A DNA stretch of 30,862 nucleotides from a virus. Lineage: Duplodnaviria; Caudoviricetes. A program made the translations under genes and the position numbers. Numbering within the stretch: position 1 is the first letter of the stretch; each line of letters opens with the position of its first letter. Of this stretch, positions 7,598 to 15,703 are shown piece after piece. The notes under the pieces are model-generated. The model was not told where the DNA came from. It saw nothing but the letters and a program-made list of their open reading frames with translations, and made no database searches. Where the stretch lies: positions 1 to 30,862 of IMG/VR virus record IMGVR_UViG_3300022307_000009. One strand, written 5' to 3'.

Positions 7598-7812
7598 ATG
7601 TCTGTGATCGACTTGTTTTTTACCTTTCTCAGATTAACGATAATCGCGCTCAATCTTGCGCCGCTGTACCCATGACTAAGCGTGGCCATTCTGCCTAATA
7701 CGATTGTTTTATCATTCCATCTTGACCCGTACAGTCTATACTCAGTTGTTTTTGTGCCAGCTTTAAATTGATTAAAATATTGAGTTTTTAGCGGTATAAA
7801 TAGCGGTTTCAT
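7549..7812 (-). CDS. ASCH-domain protein
   Basis: LFIPLKTQYFNQFKAGTKTTEYR contains the ASCH GxKxxExR signature; HGY motif; 87 aa. Confidence 0.8.
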   Translation of the reverse strand: MKPLFIPLKTQYFNQFKAGTKTTEYRLYGSRWNDKTIVLGRMATLSHGYSGARLSAIIVNLRKVKNKSITDIYPKGATLAAIDLSFS

Positions 7813-7994
7813 TTTATTCCCTTTTTAGATTTAGCGTACATTATGCAAGCGTCGAATAGTTTAGGTTTATTTTTAAACCAGTTGTTTAGCGTCCTAACAA
7901 CGCTATCCATTCGCTGATTAGGCTCTGCAATCTCTTTAGCTACGTCAGAGACGCCTTTTAGCCCCTCTGATTTTACCTTGTCTGTTATTGACAT
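7809..7994 (-). CDS. small HTH-like DNA-binding protein
   Basis: KSEGLKGVSDVAKEI...VRTLNNWFKNKPKLFD: helix-turn-helix-like with a TLxNW recognition-helix pattern; start abuts the upstream stop. Confidence 0.55.
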   Translation of the reverse strand: MSITDKVKSEGLKGVSDVAKEIAEPNQRMDSVVRTLNNWFKNKPKLFDACIMYAKSKKGIK

Positions 7995-8495
7995 TTACAT
8001 CTCCTGAATTGCCGCCAAAAATGCGTAAAGACCCTTGCAGTCTTGATGATCTTCAGTTCTAAATTGTTTTGCGTACTCGATAGCTTCACTCTTACTGATG
8101 AACTTGCGCCCAGTCTCGCTATACCTTGTTTGATAGCTGCCAATATGTCCAATATCTTCAATTACCAACTCTATTTCTCCAGTCTCTTTTTCTTCCCGCA
8201 TAACAACTACGCACGAGTTAATTGCACAATTAAACTCAATTTTTTCTTCTGTGTATCTGTCTGCAAATGACGAAGTACTGCATTCTTCAGCCTCTTCTAT
8301 TATTTTATCAAAGTCAAAATCTGGGTAGTCGTCGAAGCAAATATCACCGTCGCTATCACTTGTTGTAATCCAGCAGCCTAAGTCACTGCGAAATTTATTG
8401 TCACATAGCTGGATAGTAAATGTCTCAGTTATGCCGCTGCTTTCAGCTTCAACCTCAATGCCGAACTCTTCTTCTGCTACGTTTAAAATGTTCAT
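7995..8495 (-). CDS. highly acidic hypothetical protein (166 aa)
   Basis: Preceded by a GAGGGG RBS on the - strand; about 39 D/E versus about 14 K/R by manual count. Confidence 0.75.
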   Translation of the reverse strand: MNILNVAEEEFGIEVEAESSGITETFTIQLCDNKFRSDLGCWITTSDSDGDICFDDYPDFDFDKIIEEAEECSTSSFADRYTEEKIEFNCAINSCVVVMREEKETGEIELVIEDIGHIGSYQTRYSETGRKFISKSEAIEYAKQFRTEDHQDCKGLYAFLAAIQEM

Positions 8496-8510
8496 TTTAG
8501 TTCCCCTCTC

Positions 8511-8927
8511 TTATTTGATCTCTGGTAATTCAGGCATTTTGTCCATATCTGCAAGCTCTATAAGTATAGCTTTTGCATCACCAATAAACTCTAAGATATT
8601 GGATCGAGATGGTAGGTTATACCTTGCGCTAAAATCACCACGCAAAAATACACTTTCATTTGTTGAGCTTAAGTTGCTACTATCTAAACACACGTAAAAA
8701 CTAGCATATTCGTTCTCAGTTCGTGCATAGAGTGACGTATCACTGCCGGCGCTTGCATTTAATGTTTGCAACTCATACTTACCATTTAACACGCTCTTAA
8801 CACCGTTTTCCTCCATTGCATTCTGCACATATTCTGCAAATTCGCGTGTTTTTTCGACTAATTTAGCAGTCACGTTTTTAGCTGTTGTGATACGCGCTAC
8901 TAATGTAGTGATTTCTTGGTTTTCCAT
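8511..8927 (-). CDS. hypothetical protein (138 aa), first gene of the leftward operon
   Basis: GGAG RBS at 8937-8940 (- strand); lies downstream of a consensus-like promoter. Confidence 0.75.
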   Translation of the reverse strand: MENQEITTLVARITTAKNVTAKLVEKTREFAEYVQNAMEENGVKSVLNGKYELQTLNASAGSDTSLYARTENEYASFYVCLDSSNLSSTNESVFLRGDFSARYNLPSRSNILEFIGDAKAILIELADMDKMPELPEIK

Positions 8928-8982
8928 GGCTTATATCTCCAATATGATGATTAGGGTTGAGACCTGTATGATCTATACCTAT

Positions 8983-9011
8983 ATAGTAGTGAAATTATTT
9001 CATAAATACAA
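8983..9011 (-). promoter_or_regulatory. sigma70 promoter TTGTAT-N17-TACTAT with palindromic operator TGAAAT-N-ATTTCA in the spacer
   Basis: -35 at 9011-9006, -10 at 8988-8983, spacer exactly 17 nt; inverted repeat at 8990-9002. Confidence 0.7.
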
Positions 9012-9028
9012 GGTAAATCGCCATATAT

Positions 9029-9065
9029 TTGCCTTATATCACCCATAAGCTATACTGCGTATAAT
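9029..9065 (+). promoter_or_regulatory. putative promoter for the terminase operon
   Basis: TTGCCT (9029) N16 TATACT (9051), a second -10 TATAAT at 9060, the CTTAT-N7-ATAAG inverted repeat and the CCATAAGCTAT element. Confidence 0.5.
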
Positions 9066-9089
9066 ATGTAAACAATATAAGAGGCTTGC

Positions 9090-9458
9090 ATGGCAGGCGG
9101 AAGACCAAAAATAAAAATAGACTGGGAAGAGTTTGATAAACTCTGTGCTTTGCAGTGCACTCAAAAAGAGATCGCGTCATGGTTTAATTGCACGGACGAT
9201 ACTATCAATAATCGAGTCAAAAAAGAGAAAAAGGTTAGTTTTTCGGAATATTACTCGCAAAAGGCGGCAAAAGGCAAAATATCACTTAGGAGGAAGCAAT
9301 GGCAGTCTTGCGAAAGCGGGAGTGTTGCAATGCTGATATGGATGGGAAAACAATACCTGGATCAAAAAGATAGACGCGAAGTGACAGAGGGCCAGGCCGC
9401 AGAATTAACCCCGTTCAGCGAAATCACAGCAGGTGAAGACAAAAAGGACGATGAGTAG
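9090..9458 (+). CDS. terS: terminase small subunit
   Basis: GRPKIKIDWEEFDKLCALQCTQKEIASWF (HTH), GKISLRRKQW, MLIWMGKQYLDQKD; directly upstream of the large subunit. Confidence 0.85.
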   Translation: MAGGRPKIKIDWEEFDKLCALQCTQKEIASWFNCTDDTINNRVKKEKKVSFSEYYSQKAAKGKISLRRKQWQSCESGSVAMLIWMGKQYLDQKDRREVTEGQAAELTPFSEITAGEDKKDDE

Positions 9459-10884
9459 CTTAATCTGGAAGCCTCAATCTGTATTCGCCCCTCACTTTTT
9501 AACTAACGCTAATGAGATAATTTCAAGGCGATCCGTGTTTAAGCCCGGAGTTGTTTATCACGTCGATTACGGCGGAAGGGGCGGAGCTAAGACATGGACA
9601 TGGGCCGATGCTGTAATTGTCGAGGCATGTTTGAGGCCAGTCAGGATATTAGTAACCCGTGAATTTCAAATCTCCATCGAAGAATCAATTAAGGACGAAA
9701 TAGAAGAGGCGATATATTCTAGGGGTCTAGAGCATTTTTTTACCATGACCAAAACATCAATTGTTGGTCGCAACGGATCAAAGCTTATATTCAAAGGCAT
9801 CAAAAATAATATCAAGAACCTCAAGTCAATATCAAACGTAGATATTGTACTATGCGAGGAATCCGAGAACATTCAAAAAGACTCATGGGAGAAACTACTT
9901 CCTTCAATCCGACCAAAGTCCGGCCTTGACCCTATATTTATAATCCTGTTTAACCCAGATAACGAGCTAGACGATACTTACCAGCGATGGGTAATATCTC
10001 CGCCCGACGACTGCGTATCCATCAAAGTAAATTACATCGACAATAAATATTTTCCTTCGTATCTCGAAAAACAACGACTACACTGCAAAAAAACTCAGCC
10101 TATGCGAACCTATCGTCATATTTGGGAGGGGTTTCCAACCGGCGCTGAAGGCGATGTAATTATGGATCTGGAGTGGATTAAGGCCGCAAGATTCGCCAGC
10201 CATCACGAAGACTTTGTTCAGTCGGGAATTAAAAAAGTATCGTACGACCCAGCAGGTCAGGGGCGCGACAGTAACGCCGTGGTTTACCAGGACGGGAACA
10301 TAGTCAAAGACATAGACGAATGGGTGAGGTCGGATGATTTAAGGGAGGCATCAAATAGAGCGTTTGATATGGCAACTGATAACGCGGCAGGGTTGTTTAC
10401 ATTCGATACGTGTGGCGGGCTAGGTGATGGCGTGGACGTATTCATCACTGACCGGAAAAAAGAGAAGAAACTAAAAACGCCAGTATTCCCATTCGACGCT
10501 GGCGCTCCGGTGGTTAATGGCAAAAAAACAGTAAACGGCACTAATCGAACATGGGCCAACTTATACACTAACGCCAAAGCTCAAGCTCATGCGGTAACAG
10601 CTCAAAAGTTTTACAATACGTTTAGGTTTATCAAATTAGGCGAGAGAGATATAAGCCCTGAAGATATGATAAGCGTGGATATTGCAGATAATGGGATATT
10701 TAATAAATTGGCTAGGGAGCTATCTACTCCGGTGTGGGAAAAGTCAGACGCAACTAGCAAAAAGAAAGTAGAGGATAAAAAGAAGATGAAAAAGCGAACT
10801 GGGCAAGAATCCCCTAACATAGCCGATGCGCTTATAATGAATAACGCACCGCAGCCAACAGGAAACCGAATACATATAGGTTAA
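9451..10884 (+). CDS. terL: terminase large subunit (PBSX/SPP1-like family)
   Basis: Walker A YGGRGGAKT, Walker B IVLCEE, FNP motif, nuclease YDPAGQGRD and SPNIADAL. ATG 9451 has an AAGGA RBS (the track uses GTG 9433). Confidence 0.92.
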   Translation: MSSLIWKPQSVFAPHFLTNANEIISRRSVFKPGVVYHVDYGGRGGAKTWTWADAVIVEACLRPVRILVTREFQISIEESIKDEIEEAIYSRGLEHFFTMTKTSIVGRNGSKLIFKGIKNNIKNLKSISNVDIVLCEESENIQKDSWEKLLPSIRPKSGLDPIFIILFNPDNELDDTYQRWVISPPDDCVSIKVNYIDNKYFPSYLEKQRLHCKKTQPMRTYRHIWEGFPTGAEGDVIMDLEWIKAARFASHHEDFVQSGIKKVSYDPAGQGRDSNAVVYQDGNIVKDIDEWVRSDDLREASNRAFDMATDNAAGLFTFDTCGGLGDGVDVFITDRKKEKKLKTPVFPFDAGAPVVNGKKTVNGTNRTWANLYTNAKAQAHAVTAQKFYNTFRFIKLGERDISPEDMISVDIADNGIFNKLARELSTPVWEKSDATSKKKVEDKKKMKKRTGQESPNIADALIMNNAPQPTGNRIHIG

Positions 10885-10893
10885 TTGGCATAA

Positions 10894-10950
10894 CCATAAT
10901 ATATAGGCTATACTCATAACTCCAACCATAACGTTTTGATTATGAGTATA
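10894..10950 (+). promoter_or_regulatory. CCATAA-N9-TATACT element plus 11-bp inverted repeat over the portal start
   Basis: TATACTCATAA 10909-10919 / TTATGAGTATA 10940-10950; four CATAA copies in 10889-10931. Confidence 0.55.
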
Positions 10951-12227
10951 TGTGGCCATTTAAAACTAAAGAAGTTCAGCAAAACACGGAAACAAAAAGC
11001 CATACGATACACATAAGTGATGAGTTATCGTCATTTCTAAGTGCTGGCTACTCCGGGGCCACAGCAGCATCGGCCCTAAGGATATACTCAACATCAAGCG
11101 CGGTATTTATTCCCGTTGATTTAATATCTGAGGCATTCAGCTCGATTGATCCTGTTATTGAGATTAACGGCGAAATAATAGACATCCACCCCGCATTGGA
11201 TAGACTGAAGCAACCCAACCCATTCTCTACCAAAAAACAATTATTCAAGGCGCTGGCAGTTGAAAAGCTAGTCACCGGCGAGTGCTTTCCTGTCGCGGTA
11301 GGTAACCCAAACAGGCCGCCACTAGAGCTGTATGCAATATCTCCAACTAATACTAACCCAGTGCAGGGAGTGGACGGTGCGCCTCAGTCATATCAAGTAA
11401 CCGGGCAAACTCTAACCGGCGTTTATAATCGCGTATCAGACAAAAGCAGAGTCAGATTTATCGCCGATGGATTAAAGGAAGTGCAACACATACGCGGCTA
11501 CTCGGTAAAAAATAACTCACTAATGAGGGCCGACTCTCCTCTGATAGCAGCATCTCAGGAAGCAAGACAACACATACTAGGCAATAATCACAATATAAAC
11601 ATTTTAGAAAAAGGCGGGCGCGTATCCCTTGTATTTCATTTCGAGGATGATATGGACGAAGATATGTTTGAGAATACGAGAGCGCGAGTCAGGTCTCAAT
11701 ACGGCGGGACTCAAGGTGAGGCGATAGGGGTAACCGCTGGCCCGAAAATGGATATTAAAAACATCGGCGCAACCAATTTAGATATGGACTTCCTCAATCT
11801 TCACGAATCAGCTCGTAATGCTTGCGCCCAAACCTATCATGTGCCACTCGCACTAATGACCGTAGACGCTGCAACCTTAGACAACTACAAGCAAGCGATT
11901 ACATCTTTATACGATTGGGCTGTGCTGCCATTGGCTGACAGCTTGTTTGCAGGATTAACGCAATTACTACTCCCTCGCTATGATCTAGACATTCTTAATG
12001 CAAAAATAACCTACGATAAAAAGAAAATAACCGCATTAACCGCTCGAACGCTTGAAGAGTTGGCGGCTCGTGTCGCGCTTAACCTTGAAACTGATAACGA
12101 ATTACGACCAATGTTAGGCAGAGAGCAAATAGGATCGATTGGTGACGTAATAAGAAAACCGGCAAACATGATACCCGTTGACTCTGATCTATTTACCACC
12201 GACGCGAAATTAAACGCAGATGAGTAG
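10950..12227 (+). CDS. portal protein, HK97 family
   Basis: HPALDRLKQPNPF, LVTGECF, VQHIRGY, SPLIAA, DMDFLNL, TYHVPLAL, VLPLAD, NELRPMLG; 425 aa after terL. Confidence 0.9.
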   Translation: MWPFKTKEVQQNTETKSHTIHISDELSSFLSAGYSGATAASALRIYSTSSAVFIPVDLISEAFSSIDPVIEINGEIIDIHPALDRLKQPNPFSTKKQLFKALAVEKLVTGECFPVAVGNPNRPPLELYAISPTNTNPVQGVDGAPQSYQVTGQTLTGVYNRVSDKSRVRFIADGLKEVQHIRGYSVKNNSLMRADSPLIAASQEARQHILGNNHNINILEKGGRVSLVFHFEDDMDEDMFENTRARVRSQYGGTQGEAIGVTAGPKMDIKNIGATNLDMDFLNLHESARNACAQTYHVPLALMTVDAATLDNYKQAITSLYDWAVLPLADSLFAGLTQLLLPRYDLDILNAKITYDKKKITALTARTLEELAARVALNLETDNELRPMLGREQIGSIGDVIRKPANMIPVDSDLFTTDAKLNADE

Positions 12228-13041
12228 ATATGAAGCCCTAAAGTCCTTGCAAGACAAAATCAAACTTGAAAAGAGCTTACATAAAACATTTAACGAAATT
12301 AGCGCAATGATAGCGACTGACTTTGTAAATGATACACTGATCCTGGGCAATTACGACGAGCGAATCGAAGATGCTTTAACAGATCACTATGAGTTAGTTG
12401 GTGGCACATTCTCCAAGAAAATGGGCGATAGATTACCCGAAGATCAAAAGCCGGATGATAGCGAGCTAGCAGAAATAGCGGCTGCATTAGCACTATATTA
12501 CATGGTGAGAGCGCCAAAACAACGCAGACACATACAGGCCACGACCGCTAAAAATGTAGCAGAGGCAGATAAGTTTGCCATAGATTACCGAGTATCGCAG
12601 GCTCAGGACGGCATACACACTACGCGTCGCGAAGAAAGGGTGGTAGCAGGCAATAAGCTCAATCAGCATTTAAAGAACAGAGGTATCACTATAGCGACAC
12701 AAGAGACGCAAACAATAGCCGAAACCGCGAAACACGCTGAGGTATCTATATTAGCTGGTGGCCAGCCTGATTTCGCAGTTAGCAACAGAAACAATCTGGG
12801 CGTAAAAAAAACATGGTGGACTCAGGGCGATGAGAAGGTGCGAAGATATGGACAGAATGAATTTGATCACGTCACCGCTGATTTACAAGAGGTCGATACT
12901 AATTCGCCATTCACTGTTAGCGGTGAATCCATGATGTATCCGAGCGATGATGGATTAGGCGCATCACTTGGAAATATAATCAATTGCAGATGCGGGTCTG
13001 AGTACAGCGATAACGATATTATAGGGATTAGAAAACGATGA
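12220..13041 (+). CDS. phage minor head morphogenesis protein (Mu gpF/SPP1 gp7-like)
   Basis: TIATQETQ, KKTWWTQGDEKVR, PFTVSGESMMYPSD, NIINCRC. Confidence 0.88.
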   Translation: MSRYEALKSLQDKIKLEKSLHKTFNEISAMIATDFVNDTLILGNYDERIEDALTDHYELVGGTFSKKMGDRLPEDQKPDDSELAEIAAALALYYMVRAPKQRRHIQATTAKNVAEADKFAIDYRVSQAQDGIHTTRREERVVAGNKLNQHLKNRGITIATQETQTIAETAKHAEVSILAGGQPDFAVSNRNNLGVKKTWWTQGDEKVRRYGQNEFDHVTADLQEVDTNSPFTVSGESMMYPSDDGLGASLGNIINCRCGSEYSDNDIIGIRKR

Positions 13042-14003
13042 GCATTGAAACCAAGCAGTTTGGCGGCGCACTACTTGAAGTTAAGCAGGATGATCGAAAC
13101 GGAATACCGGTAGGTATCATCAAAGGCTATATTGCGACATGGGATATAGATCGAGGCGATTATTGGTACAAGGATCAATTTGTAAAAGGCGCTTTCAAAA
13201 AATCCATATCTGATCATAAAAAAAATGACAATAGGCAGATCAGATTAAAAGATCATCACGGGCGCACCGTTGGCGGATTCCCGATAGAGAGCGTAAAGGA
13301 AGATGATGTAGGTTTGTATGGCGAAGGGGAGATAAACCTTGATGTGCAGCAAGGCAAAGAGCTTTACTCTTTAGCTAAACAGGGTGTAATCACAGAGTTC
13401 TCCATAGGCTTTTCAATCGTCGTGTCGGAAAAAAACGAAGACAAGAAAATAAGAACTATCAAAGAGGCTATCGTGTGGGAAGGATCAGCCGTAGACGAGC
13501 CTATGAACCCCAATGCAAAAATCACAGAGGTTAAATCAGTGAATACTTTACTAGAAATAATCGAATTAGATTTTAATCACGACGAAGCGAAAGCCAGAAT
13601 CGAAGATCACGATAAAAAAGAGTCTGCATACATCGGTAAATTTTTAATAGCCGACGTTGTTGATAGTGAAATAAAGGCTGTCCAAGATGCGTTATTTTCA
13701 TCGGCCGACATGGTTAAGCAATTACCAGAAAACGAGCAAAAGCAATATATAGTTGAATTTGAGAAATATTACGCTAAAATGGGTATTGAGTCGCCTTTTA
13801 ATGTAAAATCTGTTATAGACGCTGAAACAGCCAGAAACATGAAGCCGCGTGAGGTTGAGCGCGTATTAAAAGAGACTGGAATGTTTAGCGGTAAAGCAGC
13901 AAAGATTATTGCATCTTCGATAAAGCAAGAACCTGAATCGCAGAAAGAAGATTTTAGTAATTTGTTAAATGAATTAAAAAGCTTAAATAAAGCGATAAGT
14001 TAA
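13038..14003 (+). CDS. prohead maturation protease (HK97 family) with C-terminal extension
   Basis: IKGYIATWDID, GAFKKS, DHH, EDDVGLYGEG, FSIGF, WEGSAVDEPMNPNAKITEVKS. Confidence 0.9.
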   Translation: MSIETKQFGGALLEVKQDDRNGIPVGIIKGYIATWDIDRGDYWYKDQFVKGAFKKSISDHKKNDNRQIRLKDHHGRTVGGFPIESVKEDDVGLYGEGEINLDVQQGKELYSLAKQGVITEFSIGFSIVVSEKNEDKKIRTIKEAIVWEGSAVDEPMNPNAKITEVKSVNTLLEIIELDFNHDEAKARIEDHDKKESAYIGKFLIADVVDSEIKAVQDALFSSADMVKQLPENEQKQYIVEFEKYYAKMGIESPFNVKSVIDAETARNMKPREVERVLKETGMFSGKAAKIIASSIKQEPESQKEDFSNLLNELKSLNKAIS

Positions 14004-14006
14004 CAC

Positions 14007-14098
14007 CACAGAAAACCATCAGTAATAGCGGGACGTTATTATTGTGCAAGTCATCGAGACGATGGCCGGTTAAATTTTAAATTTAATGGAGCACAACA
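14007..14098 (+). promoter_or_regulatory. structured 5' leader of the major capsid gene
   Basis: Hairpins at 14021-14043 (loop cgGGAcg) and 14050-14066 (loop cgAGAcg), palindrome at 14070-14086, RBS GGAG at 14088-14091. Confidence 0.6.
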
Positions 14099-15289
14099 AT
14101 GCCAGAACCAACATTACACGAAGTGCATAGCGCGCTTGCAGAACTACGGACAACCGTAGAATCAAAGAACTATTCACATCTTGACGCTCTCGACAAAACT
14201 AAAGTCGATAGCATTAACGAATTCCTAGACTCTCAAGAAACAAAAAACGCAGATATTACCGCGAAGCTTGGTCTTGAGCGAAAAGCCAACGAAGATATGC
14301 AAGATCGCCTTGATGGACTTGAAAAAATCGTAGCTCATTCATCAACCACCGACAAGAAAAACTACAAGGAAGGCGGCGAGTATAAGGCTCTTGAGTCTTT
14401 TATGAAGTTTGGTGATAGAATGGATCACGAGCAAAAGGCTTTATTGCGGACTGATATCGATGGCGACGGCGGATACAGAACAGGAACAGAGCAAGACCCA
14501 GAAATGATTAAAAATATTTCTGAGATTAGCCCTATCCGAAACTTTGCCCGAGTCAGAAGCGTATCTGAAAAGCAGTTCAGAATGGTTAGGCGAAACAGCT
14601 TACTAACTGCGACATGGGAAGGCGAGGCTCAGACCGGCAGCGATAGCGCAAGTGCTTATGGCTTAGATATCATGAACACTTGGCGTCAAACTGTTACTGT
14701 TCCGGTAACGCTTGATCAGCTAATGAATGATCAGTTCGAAATGGAGTCTGATATATTCTCGGACGCTTCAGAAGCTTTTGGAGTAGCTGAAGGCACGGCT
14801 TTTGTGCTTAATGCGGCAGCTAAAGGGCCAAAAGGATTTCTAGTTGATGCGGCGGTTACTGGACTCACGTCAACCACATCAGGAACAATTGATGCTGATG
14901 ACTTCATTTTGATTCAAGGCGAACTTAAAGGCCCATACAATGGCATGTATGCACTTAATCGGCGGACTCTTGCGGTATTGCGAACCAAGAAATCAACGGA
15001 TGGCAACTTTCTTTTTGCTCCGGGCTTAAATGGCGCGGCTGCAAATACTATCGCCGGGGCAAATTACATGATTGCTCAGGATATGCCGGATATTGCGGTT
15101 GGTAACAAGGCTGTGGCTTATGGAGACTTTCTTCGAGGATACACAATTATTGATCGTACTGGAGTAAGTATCATTCGTGATGACTTTACACGCAAGCGCG
15201 ATGCAGTTGTTGAGTTTACTATTCATCGGTGGTTAAACGGCCAAGTCCGTATAGCTGAAGCTCTTAAAACAATTACAGTGAAGGCGTAA
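14099..15289 (+). CDS. major capsid protein, HK97 fold with N-terminal delta (scaffold) domain
   Basis: Coiled-coil first ~110 aa, KAL...DGDGGY, ISPIRNFARV, WEGE, AFGVAEGTAFV, LRTKKSTDGNFLF, YGDFLRGYTIIDRTG. Confidence 0.95.
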   Translation: MPEPTLHEVHSALAELRTTVESKNYSHLDALDKTKVDSINEFLDSQETKNADITAKLGLERKANEDMQDRLDGLEKIVAHSSTTDKKNYKEGGEYKALESFMKFGDRMDHEQKALLRTDIDGDGGYRTGTEQDPEMIKNISEISPIRNFARVRSVSEKQFRMVRRNSLLTATWEGEAQTGSDSASAYGLDIMNTWRQTVTVPVTLDQLMNDQFEMESDIFSDASEAFGVAEGTAFVLNAAAKGPKGFLVDAAVTGLTSTTSGTIDADDFILIQGELKGPYNGMYALNRRTLAVLRTKKSTDGNFLFAPGLNGAAANTIAGANYMIAQDMPDIAVGNKAVAYGDFLRGYTIIDRTGVSIIRDDFTRKRDAVVEFTIHRWLNGQVRIAEALKTITVKA

Positions 15290-15294
15290 TAATA

Positions 15295-15702
15295 ATGGAA
15301 TACGATCTACATAGTAATATTGACGAACGGGTTGCAATGACTCCGGCTCTGATTAACTCTAACACTACCACAGTCGGCGCTATCATTGATACACATGGGT
15401 ATGGGTCTATTGAATTTATAGCGATAGCCGGAACCATTACGGACGGGGCTTACGCTTTTAAAATTGAAGATGGCGATGACTCAGGATTGTCTGATGCTGC
15501 TGATGTTAGTGCGACGCTGTTACTTGGCGCACTAACCGGGTTTGCTCTTACCGATGATAACACGGCCAAGCGAGTTGGCTGCATCTCAAAAAAACGGTAC
15601 GTTAGGTTGTCGGTAGTATCAACAGCAGTAACAACCGGCGTTAATATGTTTAGCGCGGTAGCTGTTCTTGGCCACCCTGACACTGCCCCGGTAGCTCAGT
15701 AA
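15295..15702 (+). CDS. putative capsid decoration/cement protein
   Basis: Beta-rich (GAIIDTHGYGSIEF, IEDGDDSGLSDA, KRYVRL); immediately after the capsid gene. Confidence 0.6.
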   Translation: MEYDLHSNIDERVAMTPALINSNTTTVGAIIDTHGYGSIEFIAIAGTITDGAYAFKIEDGDDSGLSDAADVSATLLLGALTGFALTDDNTAKRVGCISKKRYVRLSVVSTAVTTGVNMFSAVAVLGHPDTAPVAQ

Positions 15703-15703
15703 G

